A DNA stretch of 64,000 bases from a virus (Duplodnaviria; Caudoviricetes), in the IMG/VR virus record IMGVR_UViG_3300009155_000035; one strand, given 5' to 3'. Both the position numbers and the translations under genes were made by a program. This document shows positions 55,738-64,000 of the stretch, piece by piece. Every line of letters starts with the position of its first letter. Positions within the stretch are counted from its first letter, which is position 1. The notes under the pieces are model-generated. The model had not been told where the DNA came from and did no database searches. It saw only the letters and a program-made list of their open reading frames with translations.

Positions 55738-56793
55738 ATGGCAAAACCATTTGACATTAGCAAATTTCGCAAGGAAATTACCAAGAGCATTGACGGGCTC
55801 AGTATTGGTTTTAACGATCCCACAGACTGGATCTCAACAGGCAACTATGCCTTGAATTATTTGATCTCGGGCGATTTTAACAAGGGCATCCCTTTAGGTA
55901 AAGTCACTGTGTTTGCTGGCGACTCTGGCGCAGGCAAGTCGTACATCTGCTCAGGTAACATTGTCAAACACGCACAAGAGCAAGGCATCTTTGTGGTGTT
56001 GATCGACAGTGAAAACGCACTTGACGAAGACTGGCTCAAAGCACTTGGCGTTGACACAGGCCCGGACAAACTACTTAAATTGAGCATGGCCATGATTGAT
56101 GATGTAGCTAAAACTATTTCAACATTCATGAGTGACTACAAATCTTTGCCCGACGGAGAACGCCCCAAAGTTCTTTTTGTTATTGACTCACTCGGCATGC
56201 TGTTGACACCTACTGATATAAACCAGTTTGACAGCGGTGATCTAAAAGGCGACTTGGGTCGCAAGCCCAAAGCTCTAACTGCCTTGGTTCGTAATTGCGT
56301 CAACATGTTTGGCAGCTACAACGTTGGTCTGGTGTGTACCAATCACACCTACGCAAGCCAAGACATGTTTGACCCAGACGACAAGATCTCGGGCGGCCAA
56401 GGTTTTATCTATGCCAGCAGTATTGTGGTTGCTATGAAGAAGATGAAGCTCAAAGAGGACGAAGATGGCAACAAGGTATCTGAAGTAAATGGTATTCGTG
56501 CAGGCTGTAAAGTTATGAAAACACGATATGCCAAGCCGTTTGAAGGCGTTCAAGTCAAGATTCCTTACACAACAGGTATGAGTCCTTATTCGGGTCTTGT
56601 GGACTTGATTGAAAAGAAAAACTTGCTCAAGCGTGAAGGTAACAGTTTGGTGTTTACCACAAGCGATGGCGAAGTCATCAAGAAGTTCCGCAAAGCGTGG
56701 GAAAAAAATGATGAAGGTTGTCTTGACAAGGTCATGATAGACTTTAAAAATCAAAAGGAAGAGGTAAGTATCTCTGAGGAGGATGCTGAATAA
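55738..56793 (+). CDS. uvsX: RecA-like recombinase
   Basis: STGNYALN, Walker A GDSGAGKS, IDSE, Walker B VIDSLG, NHTY. Confidence 0.92.
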   Translation: MAKPFDISKFRKEITKSIDGLSIGFNDPTDWISTGNYALNYLISGDFNKGIPLGKVTVFAGDSGAGKSYICSGNIVKHAQEQGIFVVLIDSENALDEDWLKALGVDTGPDKLLKLSMAMIDDVAKTISTFMSDYKSLPDGERPKVLFVIDSLGMLLTPTDINQFDSGDLKGDLGRKPKALTALVRNCVNMFGSYNVGLVCTNHTYASQDMFDPDDKISGGQGFIYASSIVVAMKKMKLKEDEDGNKVSEVNGIRAGCKVMKTRYAKPFEGVQVKIPYTTGMSPYSGLVDLIEKKNLLKREGNSLVFTTSDGEVIKKFRKAWEKNDEGCLDKVMIDFKNQKEEVSISEEDAE

Positions 56794-57059
56794 TGAGTGA
56801 AGAATTAGCAAGTGTAATTTGGAGCGAACTTAAACGCTACATCAACACAGTCGATCGTGTAGAAGCCGCCGAAAATTTAATTAGTATATTGATTGACAAT
56901 GACTGCAACCCTGACGACATCAAGGATGCCTTCAAGGGAGATGCCGAGTTTAAACGTGCCATGGCAAGTTACCTTGACACTGGCCAGGATGGGCAGGAAG
57001 AGGAAGAAGAGGAAGAAGAGGACTTTACTGACTTTGAAACCGATGATTGGGAAGAGTAA
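56793..57059 (+). CDS. Small acidic hypothetical protein
   Basis: 88 aa with a poly-Glu tail, coupled to uvsX and uvsY by TAATG overlaps. Confidence 0.7.
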   Translation: MSEELASVIWSELKRYINTVDRVEAAENLISILIDNDCNPDDIKDAFKGDAEFKRAMASYLDTGQDGQEEEEEEEEDFTDFETDDWEE

Positions 57060-57511
57060 TGTGGTATAGTCGTGTAGTTGCTGACCTTGGGGCTATCCCA
57101 GACTTTATCGCATACTACGAAAAAGAACTTGACGAAGCCAAAAAAGAATGTCGCATTGGTGGCTTAGTTGAGCGTAACATCAAAGACCTTCCGGGTATAA
57201 CCGAGCATCGTTTCAATCAACTGCAAGAGATTGAAGCAGTTCTTAATTTTCTTAATATCCAGTTACGCAAAATCCGCAAACGCCATTTCCAAAAATATCT
57301 TGAAGCGTATGCACGAGCCTTGACAAGTCGTGACGCTGAAAAGTACGTTGATGGTGAGGATGAGGTTATCGATTTTGAAACTATTATCAATGAAGTGGCT
57401 CTATTGCGTAACAAATGGCTAGGCATCATGAAAGGTCTTGACACTAAGCAATGGCAAATGGGACACATTGTTAGACTGCGCACAGCAGGCATGGAAGATA
57501 TCACTGTATGA
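57059..57511 (+). CDS. uvsY: Recombination mediator
   Basis: Y.E.Y.RAL.S.D.EKY.DG...V, .D.K.WQ motifs. Downstream of uvsX. Confidence 0.75.
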   Translation: MWYSRVVADLGAIPDFIAYYEKELDEAKKECRIGGLVERNIKDLPGITEHRFNQLQEIEAVLNFLNIQLRKIRKRHFQKYLEAYARALTSRDAEKYVDGEDEVIDFETIINEVALLRNKWLGIMKGLDTKQWQMGHIVRLRTAGMEDITV

Positions 57512-58266
57512 TGCCAAGATTTTTAACTCCTGCTGATAGTCACAAGCACAGTTTAGAAACATTAAATCAATTGCTTGAGTACGATGATTTTATGTTGACT
57601 ATTGAAAGCATGCTTGATTTGGGATGCGGCCCCGGCCTTGACTTAGAATGGTGGGCGAATCTCACCACTAGAGACGAAGTTCCGCAACCGTTGAATATTA
57701 AATGCCTGGGTGTGGACATGCGCCCAGCATTGAGTCTTGCGCAAAAATATCGAAATGTGCAATACATGGTACAAGATTTTGAAGATGAACTCAAAGTTAA
57801 CCAGCAATACGATTTAATTTGGTGCCACGATGCATTCCAATACTCGATTAATCCATTAAAAACATTAAGCAATTGGAACAAAGTGCTAACCAATGACGGA
57901 ATGTTGATGCTGGTGCTACCACAAACAACCAACATAGAGTACAACAAGTTAGCATACGATCAAGCTGACGGATGTTATTTCAACTGGACCTTGGTTAGTT
58001 TAATACATGCATTGGCGGTAAATGGATTTGATTGTCGTGGCGGATACTTTCATAAAGATGCAACAGATCCCTGGATCAAAGCAATTGTGTATAAAAGTGA
58101 GCATGGCCCTATGGATCCTAAAACCACACGCTGGTATGATTTAGTTGATAAAAATTTATTGCCAGAATCAGCTGTGGACAGCGTCAACAAATACGGCTAC
58201 CTGCGCCAACAAGACTTGGTTCTACGTTGGATAGACAAATCCATACACACCTACGCTAATCATTAA
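57508..58266 (+). CDS. Class I SAM-dependent methyltransferase
   Basis: MLDLGCGPG, GVD, YDLIWCHD..QY. Confidence 0.85.
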   Translation: MMPRFLTPADSHKHSLETLNQLLEYDDFMLTIESMLDLGCGPGLDLEWWANLTTRDEVPQPLNIKCLGVDMRPALSLAQKYRNVQYMVQDFEDELKVNQQYDLIWCHDAFQYSINPLKTLSNWNKVLTNDGMLMLVLPQTTNIEYNKLAYDQADGCYFNWTLVSLIHALAVNGFDCRGGYFHKDATDPWIKAIVYKSEHGPMDPKTTRWYDLVDKNLLPESAVDSVNKYGYLRQQDLVLRWIDKSIHTYANH

Positions 58267-59083
58267 GCAGTCTCTTTAGTGGATATCCACTAGCAATTTC
58301 ATCAACGGTCCACTCGGTGTGTGCAATTTGATTTAACCAGGATTCTCGATCAGGACGCAACGGAGATTCAATTTGACTGAAATCTAAATTTGCAACAGGT
58401 GCCGCAAGGCTTGACGCCCCAACAAACGCTGGCACGCCATTAATAATTGCTTGCACACCCGGACCACTATTCCAATTAACAACGGCCCAAGTTGATTTAA
58501 GACTTTGCGCAAAGTCAAACTGATCATAAGTGTTGGGGACCTTGATTGGGATTTCAATGTCTGCTGGCACCTTGATTTTGTATCTGGGATGTAGACGAAC
58601 CACAATAGGACGTTGACTATGTTGTCTTATAGTGTGCATAGTAGTTGATATCCACTGCTCAAGTTCTGGCTGCCCGGCCCACTGCCCACTGTCAGCTCGT
58701 TGTGTAGCAATCACAATCTTATCTCCGGTGTGCTGCCAAGGCTGAAGATTTAATCCAAGCGTTTTTGCTCGATCAGGTATATCATACTTGCCATAATAAG
58801 CATTTGATCCTGTTCCATTAACGCCAAGTTTCCAGGTGCGACCGCGATCAAACAAACCAACTTCGACAACAACAACAGGTCTTCCTGTGGATCTAAATTT
58901 TTGCCAAACAATTTGGTTTGATGACATTCTTCCAGCCCATACCATACTCCATACTACTGCAACATCTGCATCCATGTCATGGCTGTTGAATTTTACACCA
59001 ATGGCATCTAGTCCAGATCGTATGGCCGCAAATACAGGTTGACTATTAAGAGCTCCATAGTGATCAAAAAGAGTTACTAGCAT
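58256..59083 (-). CDS. KpsS/GT107-like capsular polysaccharide glycosyltransferase
   Basis: IVVRLHP, AVVNWNS....AIINGVPAF. Confidence 0.6.
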   Translation of the reverse strand: MLVTLFDHYGALNSQPVFAAIRSGLDAIGVKFNSHDMDADVAVVWSMVWAGRMSSNQIVWQKFRSTGRPVVVVEVGLFDRGRTWKLGVNGTGSNAYYGKYDIPDRAKTLGLNLQPWQHTGDKIVIATQRADSGQWAGQPELEQWISTTMHTIRQHSQRPIVVRLHPRYKIKVPADIEIPIKVPNTYDQFDFAQSLKSTWAVVNWNSGPGVQAIINGVPAFVGASSLAAPVANLDFSQIESPLRPDRESWLNQIAHTEWTVDEIASGYPLKRLLND

Positions 59084-59104
59084 AGTGTTATGTTTAAATA
59101 TGTG

Positions 59105-59911
59105 ATGAGCAGAAAATTTTCAGTAGTTACCACTTTCAATCAAGATGGGTATTTAAAGTACGGTAGTCGAATGATTGACACATTTTTAACAAATTGGCCA
59201 TCAGATGTCGTACTGTATGTATACGCAGAGGATTGCGTAATAACACAAACAGCCCCAAATCTAATTGTCATGGCAATGCCACAAGAGTTAGTGCAATTTA
59301 AACAACAATGGGCCGGTGTTCCAAAAGCCAATGGGGATGTTTCATTGGATCCTATTAGGTCAACACGCCGAGACGCTGGCAAGGGATTTAAATGGGATGC
59401 TGTTCGTTTTGCTCACAAAGTCTACGTTATTTTTGATTGTGCTCGCAACTGTGATGCAGATGTATTGCTTTGGATGGATGGTGACATGGTGTGTCACAGC
59501 CCTATCTCTATTGCGGAAATATCAATACTGTGCCCAGAAACAAAAGATCTTTGCTTTCTCGGACGAAAAAACAAATATACTGAGTGCGGACTGTATGCAA
59601 TGAATCTACACAGTGAATCTCTTAAACAGTTTTTGCAAGAGTTTCAACGCTGTTATGACCAAGCAGAGCAAGGCATCTTTCAACTTGACGAGTGGCATGA
59701 CAGTTATGTATTTGATGCTGTGCGAAAACGTTTTCGACTTGTTGAATTAGATTGGTCCAGTCATTTGATTACCGGGGAAGGGCATCCTCTAATCAATAGC
59801 ACTTGGGGTAGATATCTTGATCATCTTAAAGGTGACCGAAAATCTCTAGGACGTAGCAAACAGAAAGATTTAAAGACGCCTAGGATTGAGGAGTATTGGC
59901 AGACTTTTTAG
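59105..59911 (+). CDS. GT-A glycosyltransferase
   Basis: VVTTF, RFAHKV, W.DGD (DxD), WHD motifs. Confidence 0.7.
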   Translation: MSRKFSVVTTFNQDGYLKYGSRMIDTFLTNWPSDVVLYVYAEDCVITQTAPNLIVMAMPQELVQFKQQWAGVPKANGDVSLDPIRSTRRDAGKGFKWDAVRFAHKVYVIFDCARNCDADVLLWMDGDMVCHSPISIAEISILCPETKDLCFLGRKNKYTECGLYAMNLHSESLKQFLQEFQRCYDQAEQGIFQLDEWHDSYVFDAVRKRFRLVELDWSSHLITGEGHPLINSTWGRYLDHLKGDRKSLGRSKQKDLKTPRIEEYWQTF

Positions 59912-60578
59912 GCATCTTGGCCCACATGCCAGTTTTTGTTAAGCTCTTTTTACCATCAGTATCTACAGCGGCCCTCCCCATCAAGTGTGAATGACATTGT
60001 AAGTTTACCACACTCATGTTAAGTGCATTGTCGGCTGGCAAGTAATAGTGCTGGTAATGTTTGCACAGTTTAGATGCTGCCTTGGGAGTAATTGCGTATC
60101 CCACTGCTCCGGGCATTACTTTCCCTTTGAATTTACAAGCCATGGGCTCGCCTTGGGGAGAGTAAAGTTTCTCTTTATAAAAATCGTTTTCGTACGCTGC
60201 TTTTCCAGTAGCAAGCAATAGGATATCATCCCACTCAATGGGCACAAACCCCCGCTCAAAGATTACGTCATCTTCAAAAATCATAATTGATTCATTGAGT
60301 TCAGCGCACAGTTGCCACAGTCGGTAGTGGCTGTGAAAACATCCCATTACTCCCGGTCTCTCACACGAACGCCTATAATTGTCGTCGATAGCATTGCCCT
60401 TGAAGCTGATTGGTTGTAGTTCTCGACCTTCTTTTTTAAAAATATCCACGGCATCATTGCCATATGTACCTTCAAATAGACTGGCATTAATCCCAAACTT
60501 AATAAGATCATTGACAACTTTTTTCCCGCTGTTTGCGGAACTGTAAATTTTGCTTAGACTGATTACAAAGGCTCTCAT
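59880..60578 (-). CDS. GT25 (LPS-type) glycosyltransferase
   Basis: FVISL, GCFHSH..LW, IFEDD, GY.ITP.AA. Confidence 0.85.
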   Translation of the reverse strand: MRAFVISLSKIYSSANSGKKVVNDLIKFGINASLFEGTYGNDAVDIFKKEGRELQPISFKGNAIDDNYRRSCERPGVMGCFHSHYRLWQLCAELNESIMIFEDDVIFERGFVPIEWDDILLLATGKAAYENDFYKEKLYSPQGEPMACKFKGKVMPGAVGYAITPKAASKLCKHYQHYYLPADNALNMSVVNLQCHSHLMGRAAVDTDGKKSLTKTGMWAKMPKKSANTPQS

Positions 60579-60601
60579 GTTAATATTTACTAAGTATTGC
60601 T

Positions 60602-61285
60602 ATGAGCAATATATTAGTTTCGATAATTTTACCAACTCGTAAACGTAGCAAACTTGTTGAGAGAAGTGTGCGTAGTTTGTTAGAGACTGCTGATCGCCCA
60701 GATCAAGTTGAAATTTTAATTGCGTATGACAATGATGACCAAGAAAGCAAACAGTACTTTAATTCTCAGGATTGGAAAGATTTAATCAGCAAATTCAATG
60801 CCAAAACACAAGTAATTGAATCTCACCCTTGGGGTTATTCTGAGCTACACCAGTATTGTAATGCACTGACCAAATTATCAACCGGACAGTGGCTAATGCT
60901 ATGGAACGACGATGCTGTGATGCGTACCCAAGCCTGGGACAAACACATTGCAGAAAATCAAGGATACCTCGGAATGCTACACATGTCCACAGAGAATTTT
61001 AGAGAAGCATTGACATTGTTTCCGGTTGTCCCGCGACAATGGATTGATATTTTTGGAACATACAGCCAAACAAATTTATGCGATTCTTGGATACAAGATG
61101 TGTGTGAGCAGGCCGACGCTGTGCGAGCAATACCTGTTAGAGTTTTTCATGACAGATTTGACGCCACTGGAAACAACGGAGACGAAACCTATCAAAATAG
61201 GTATTACAGAAAGAAGAGACATAACTCGGAAGAAATGAAACAAACAAGAACTGCTTGGGCACACAAGTTAATGCAGTTTAAATAA
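60602..61285 (+). CDS. GT2-family glycosyltransferase
   Basis: VSIILPTR.R, EILI..D.DD, LWNDD. Confidence 0.75.
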   Translation: MSNILVSIILPTRKRSKLVERSVRSLLETADRPDQVEILIAYDNDDQESKQYFNSQDWKDLISKFNAKTQVIESHPWGYSELHQYCNALTKLSTGQWLMLWNDDAVMRTQAWDKHIAENQGYLGMLHMSTENFREALTLFPVVPRQWIDIFGTYSQTNLCDSWIQDVCEQADAVRAIPVRVFHDRFDATGNNGDETYQNRYYRKKRHNSEEMKQTRTAWAHKLMQFK

Positions 61286-62222
61286 ACTTGCGCATGTGCG
61301 ACCAGCACTGACCGCTTTCTAATTCGTCAAAGTTCCAATGACTCATGGCCAACCGATTGATCCAGGCTTGCCGATCGGGCATGTTGGGATTTTCAATAGT
61401 TGCCAGATCTGTGTTGGCAATGTCCCGACACTGACTGTTATCGGGGTCAGTGACAAAAATAGGATATCCTTCAATGGCAGCGCCCACCGTGGGACTAGAG
61501 TTATGATTCACCACAGCCCAGCAATTTTGTAAGTCATCCATCAATGTGGATTTGGCAACAGAAATAAAAACATCTTTTAACGTTATATTTGATCTTATTT
61601 GTTCAATATACTTTGCTGATTCTCGATCTCCGGGATGTGGGCGCACCATAATGGGTCTTGAAGAATATTTGCGTATAGTAGCAATAGTATTGGTAGCCCA
61701 CTCAATGACATCGGTTCCTTGCATGCTCCATCCACCATTGCGTTGTAAACACAGCAAGATATGATTGCCGTTTTCCCTATATGGTTTTAATTCTAAGCCA
61801 AGGTCAGTGGATATTTTGATCCATCTAGATGGGTCCACAACAGTGTCACAATAGTTTCCACTAGTGGGGAACACACCATCAAAACTGTAACGCAGGTAGT
61901 GCATGGGATTGTCTGTGTTTTTATACAGGAACAAACTACTGTCAATTACCACAACATGTTTGCCCTTGGCAAGTTGTCTAGCAATTATGTTTTTTCTGTT
62001 TTGCAAATGTGGAGAGCTTTTAGACTCTTGATGCACCCAACCCAGTATAACTGCCACATCACAATCAACATCTGCTCCTGGACCATCATACACAACAGAC
62101 CTGTCAATTTTGTTATGTACTACACCACGGTGGAATTTTTCTAATGCATCAGTTTTTTCTTTCTTTTTGTTTTTCTTGGGCAAACAATTTTTAAACGATA
62201 TAACAATGTATTGATTAGCCAT
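61278..62222 (-). CDS. KpsS/GT107-like glycosyltransferase
   Basis: IMVRPHP, AVVNHNSS....A.IEG.P.F. Confidence 0.6.
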   Translation of the reverse strand: MANQYIVISFKNCLPKKNKKKEKTDALEKFHRGVVHNKIDRSVVYDGPGADVDCDVAVILGWVHQESKSSPHLQNRKNIIARQLAKGKHVVVIDSSLFLYKNTDNPMHYLRYSFDGVFPTSGNYCDTVVDPSRWIKISTDLGLELKPYRENGNHILLCLQRNGGWSMQGTDVIEWATNTIATIRKYSSRPIMVRPHPGDRESAKYIEQIRSNITLKDVFISVAKSTLMDDLQNCWAVVNHNSSPTVGAAIEGYPIFVTDPDNSQCRDIANTDLATIENPNMPDRQAWINRLAMSHWNFDELESGQCWSHMRKFI

Positions 62223-63021
62223 TTATAATACTCCAAACCGAACCACGTGCTAGCTCTCTAACATGGAACTGACAGTATGCCAAGTGACACATCCAACTAT
62301 ATACCAAGTCAGAATCGGGCCAAAAAGGATTTTCAACAAGACTTAGATCTTTTGATGTTACTGAGTCGGCGGCATGAGTCGGCGACAGCGCAAATGCTGG
62401 AACCCCACTTAGCACTGCTTCAGTTGCTGAATTACTATTATAAGTTACCAAGGCATGAGCATCTTGTAATGCATGCGCTAAACTGTCTTGTATCATGCGC
62501 TGATTTTTATTTTTCACTCTACGACGAACAACAATTTCTCGATCAGTGTGCTGTTTTAATTCAGCAACAGTGCTATCAATCCAATCTTCAAGGTCAATTC
62601 CGTAATACTTGCATGGCTTCCCATCGGGCGCTGCCACAATTATTTTACTGCCATGATTTCTAGATGCAGGCTTATATCCCGGCAGCAACTGATTTAATCT
62701 ATCAGCTGGCCTTGTGCGCATTTCTGTGTGTTGCAAGCCATTTTTAACCACACGGTGCCAAAATTTGCGACCAAGTTGATTTTTTGGAGAAACAGTATTG
62801 CCTAGGTAACCAGAATCAACATAGTAAAAATCTCTACCAGCTGCTTGGCATTGATTCATTATTTTATATTTAAGGATACTGCGTAATACCACAGGATTGT
62901 TGTTGGCATCAAAATTAAATGTATTGGTGTTGGTTACAACACCACCAGCGGCAACGGCCAACATATTAATGTACTCATCCTCGCCATGGTCGCTTAGGTA
63001 CACAAAATTTTTTGGATCCAT
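62215..63021 (-). CDS. KpsS/GT107-like glycosyltransferase
   Basis: YYVDSGY, IVVR, ALVTYNS....EAVL.GVPAF. Start set by a TAATG overlap. Confidence 0.6.
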   Translation of the reverse strand: MDPKNFVYLSDHGEDEYINMLAVAAGGVVTNTNTFNFDANNNPVVLRSILKYKIMNQCQAAGRDFYYVDSGYLGNTVSPKNQLGRKFWHRVVKNGLQHTEMRTRPADRLNQLLPGYKPASRNHGSKIIVAAPDGKPCKYYGIDLEDWIDSTVAELKQHTDREIVVRRRVKNKNQRMIQDSLAHALQDAHALVTYNSNSATEAVLSGVPAFALSPTHAADSVTSKDLSLVENPFWPDSDLVYSWMCHLAYCQFHVRELARGSVWSIING

Positions 63022-63701
63022 TATTTGTGTTGCAAACAGTAGTCTGCCAGCATGTGTTCGCGGTGCCACTCATCGCTTTGTGGTGTAGTAGCAAACTCAT
63101 GAAAGCATGGAGTGCCCAAGGTATAATGCAAGAGCTTGGCCGAGGGGTTTGGCCCGTATTCATCGGGCAACCAATTCCATTCTCGAGGCAGTTCACCAAT
63201 ACGCTCGTCATCTATCCACGAGAAGCGGTGGAGCTCACTGCCTGTGGATTTTTGGATGAACTCAGGAGTAAGTCGTCTGTTAGGCAAGCTATCACAATTC
63301 CACAGAATAACACTACTCCAATTTTTTCGAGGATAGTCTTCATTTTTTGCTCCAAGGTATTTTACAGGCATCTTTGTTTTGTAGTCATGTTTGACTACCA
63401 TGACATCCATGTAGGTATTTTGCAATCCCCACAGTTTACCAATGTCATCACGCACAATCATGTCACCGTCAATGAATATAGCCCAGCCGGTGTAGTCCAT
63501 CAGATGGGGCACTAAAAATCGACTGTAGATAAACTGATTGCTACCATCAGTGTGCGTTTCTGTGTAATCTTCAAATAAATTTAATGCTAAAGGAATTATA
63601 GCAACTGGCCTACTTGCATGACGAATGATACTGTTTGCACAGGTATGATATGCCACCGCTTCCCTGGGATCATAACCGATAAAGACTGGAATTGGTTTCA
63701 T
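63021..63701 (-). CDS. GT8-like glycosyltransferase
   Basis: FIGYD.RE, F.YSRFLVP, IF.DGDM, YPRKNWSS, HYT.G.P. Confidence 0.75.
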   Translation of the reverse strand: MKPIPVFIGYDPREAVAYHTCANSIIRHASRPVAIIPLALNLFEDYTETHTDGSNQFIYSRFLVPHLMDYTGWAIFIDGDMIVRDDIGKLWGLQNTYMDVMVVKHDYKTKMPVKYLGAKNEDYPRKNWSSVILWNCDSLPNRRLTPEFIQKSTGSELHRFSWIDDERIGELPREWNWLPDEYGPNPSAKLLHYTLGTPCFHEFATTPQSDEWHREHMLADYCLQHK

Positions 63702-64000
63702 TTTCTTTCAATATCTTCTTCAACACAGTTCTCGCCATATTGTATTTCAATTAGTCGAAGTGGCTGATCAGTTTCATTGCACAACATATGCCATTGGCCT
63801 TGCTTGATCCAAATATATTCATGCACTTTAAAATGTCCAATTAAGTCATGATCACTGGAATTGTTTAGAGTGTAAACGGCAGCTTCGCCTTCGGCAACAA
63901 ACCAAAACTCAGCACGTTGTTCATGACGTTGCATACTTAAACACGTCTTTGGCGCCACAGTTAGTTCTTTGAGCTTGGTGTTGGCCCCCACTTCATGTAA
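63698..64000 (-). CDS. Type II mannose-6-phosphate isomerase-like cupin (5' partial)
   Basis: K.L.V.P...LSMQRH..R.E.W.V.EG, WH.L.N....L..IE.QYG....E.DI.R. The frame is open to the window end. Confidence 0.8.
   Translation of the reverse strand, partial: LHEVGANTKLKELTVAPKTCLSMQRHEQRAEFWFVAEGEAAVYTLNNSSDHDLIGHFKVHEYIWIKQGQWHMLCNETDQPLRLIEIQYGENCVEEDIERK

Noticed and set aside
1-64000. Stop-codon reassignment, introns or inteins
   Set aside because: Core genes are full length in code 11. No intein splicing motifs or interrupted motifs were seen in TerL, UvsX or the portal.
1-64000. tRNA or rRNA genes
   Set aside because: Intergenic gaps are short and no cloverleaf with a T-loop was seen by eye. 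tRNAscan-SE was not run.

Overview
This is a 64-kb segment of a large T4-like tailed phage with a contractile tail. It is gene-dense, reads in standard code 11, and shows no tRNA, CRISPR array, integrase or intron. Morphogenesis genes include a tail-chaperone/gp26-like gene, tape measure with a lytic transglycosylase, portal, prohead core, protease, scaffold, major capsid, neck gp13/gp14/gp15, sheath, tube, gp4, and small and large terminase. There is a 12-kb tail-fibre cassette ending in a 2277-aa repeat fibre, plus gp32, uvsX, uvsY, a dNMP kinase and many glycan-modifying enzymes (TPR-GT9, sialyltransferase-fold, KpsS-like x3, GT25, GT2, GT8-like, methyltransferase, amidinotransferase, SGNH x2, cupin). 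The most notable signals read directly from the sequence are: (1) a T-TTT-TTC -1 frameshift site that would fuse the gp26-like ORF to an unannotated downstream ORF, like lambda G/GT; (2) a cluster of genes between the terminase subunits with T4-like capsid-targeting N-termini and many predicted protease sites; (3) a dozen genes whose start codon lies 4-7 nt after a TAA(A/G)TA late promoter with no SD, suggesting leaderless mRNAs; (4) a probable virion-glycosylation system; (5) a truncated ATE/Bpt-like aminoacyl-transferase gene; and (6) a remnant of a deleted fibre gene. All family assignments come from motif recognition by eye and were not checked against any database.
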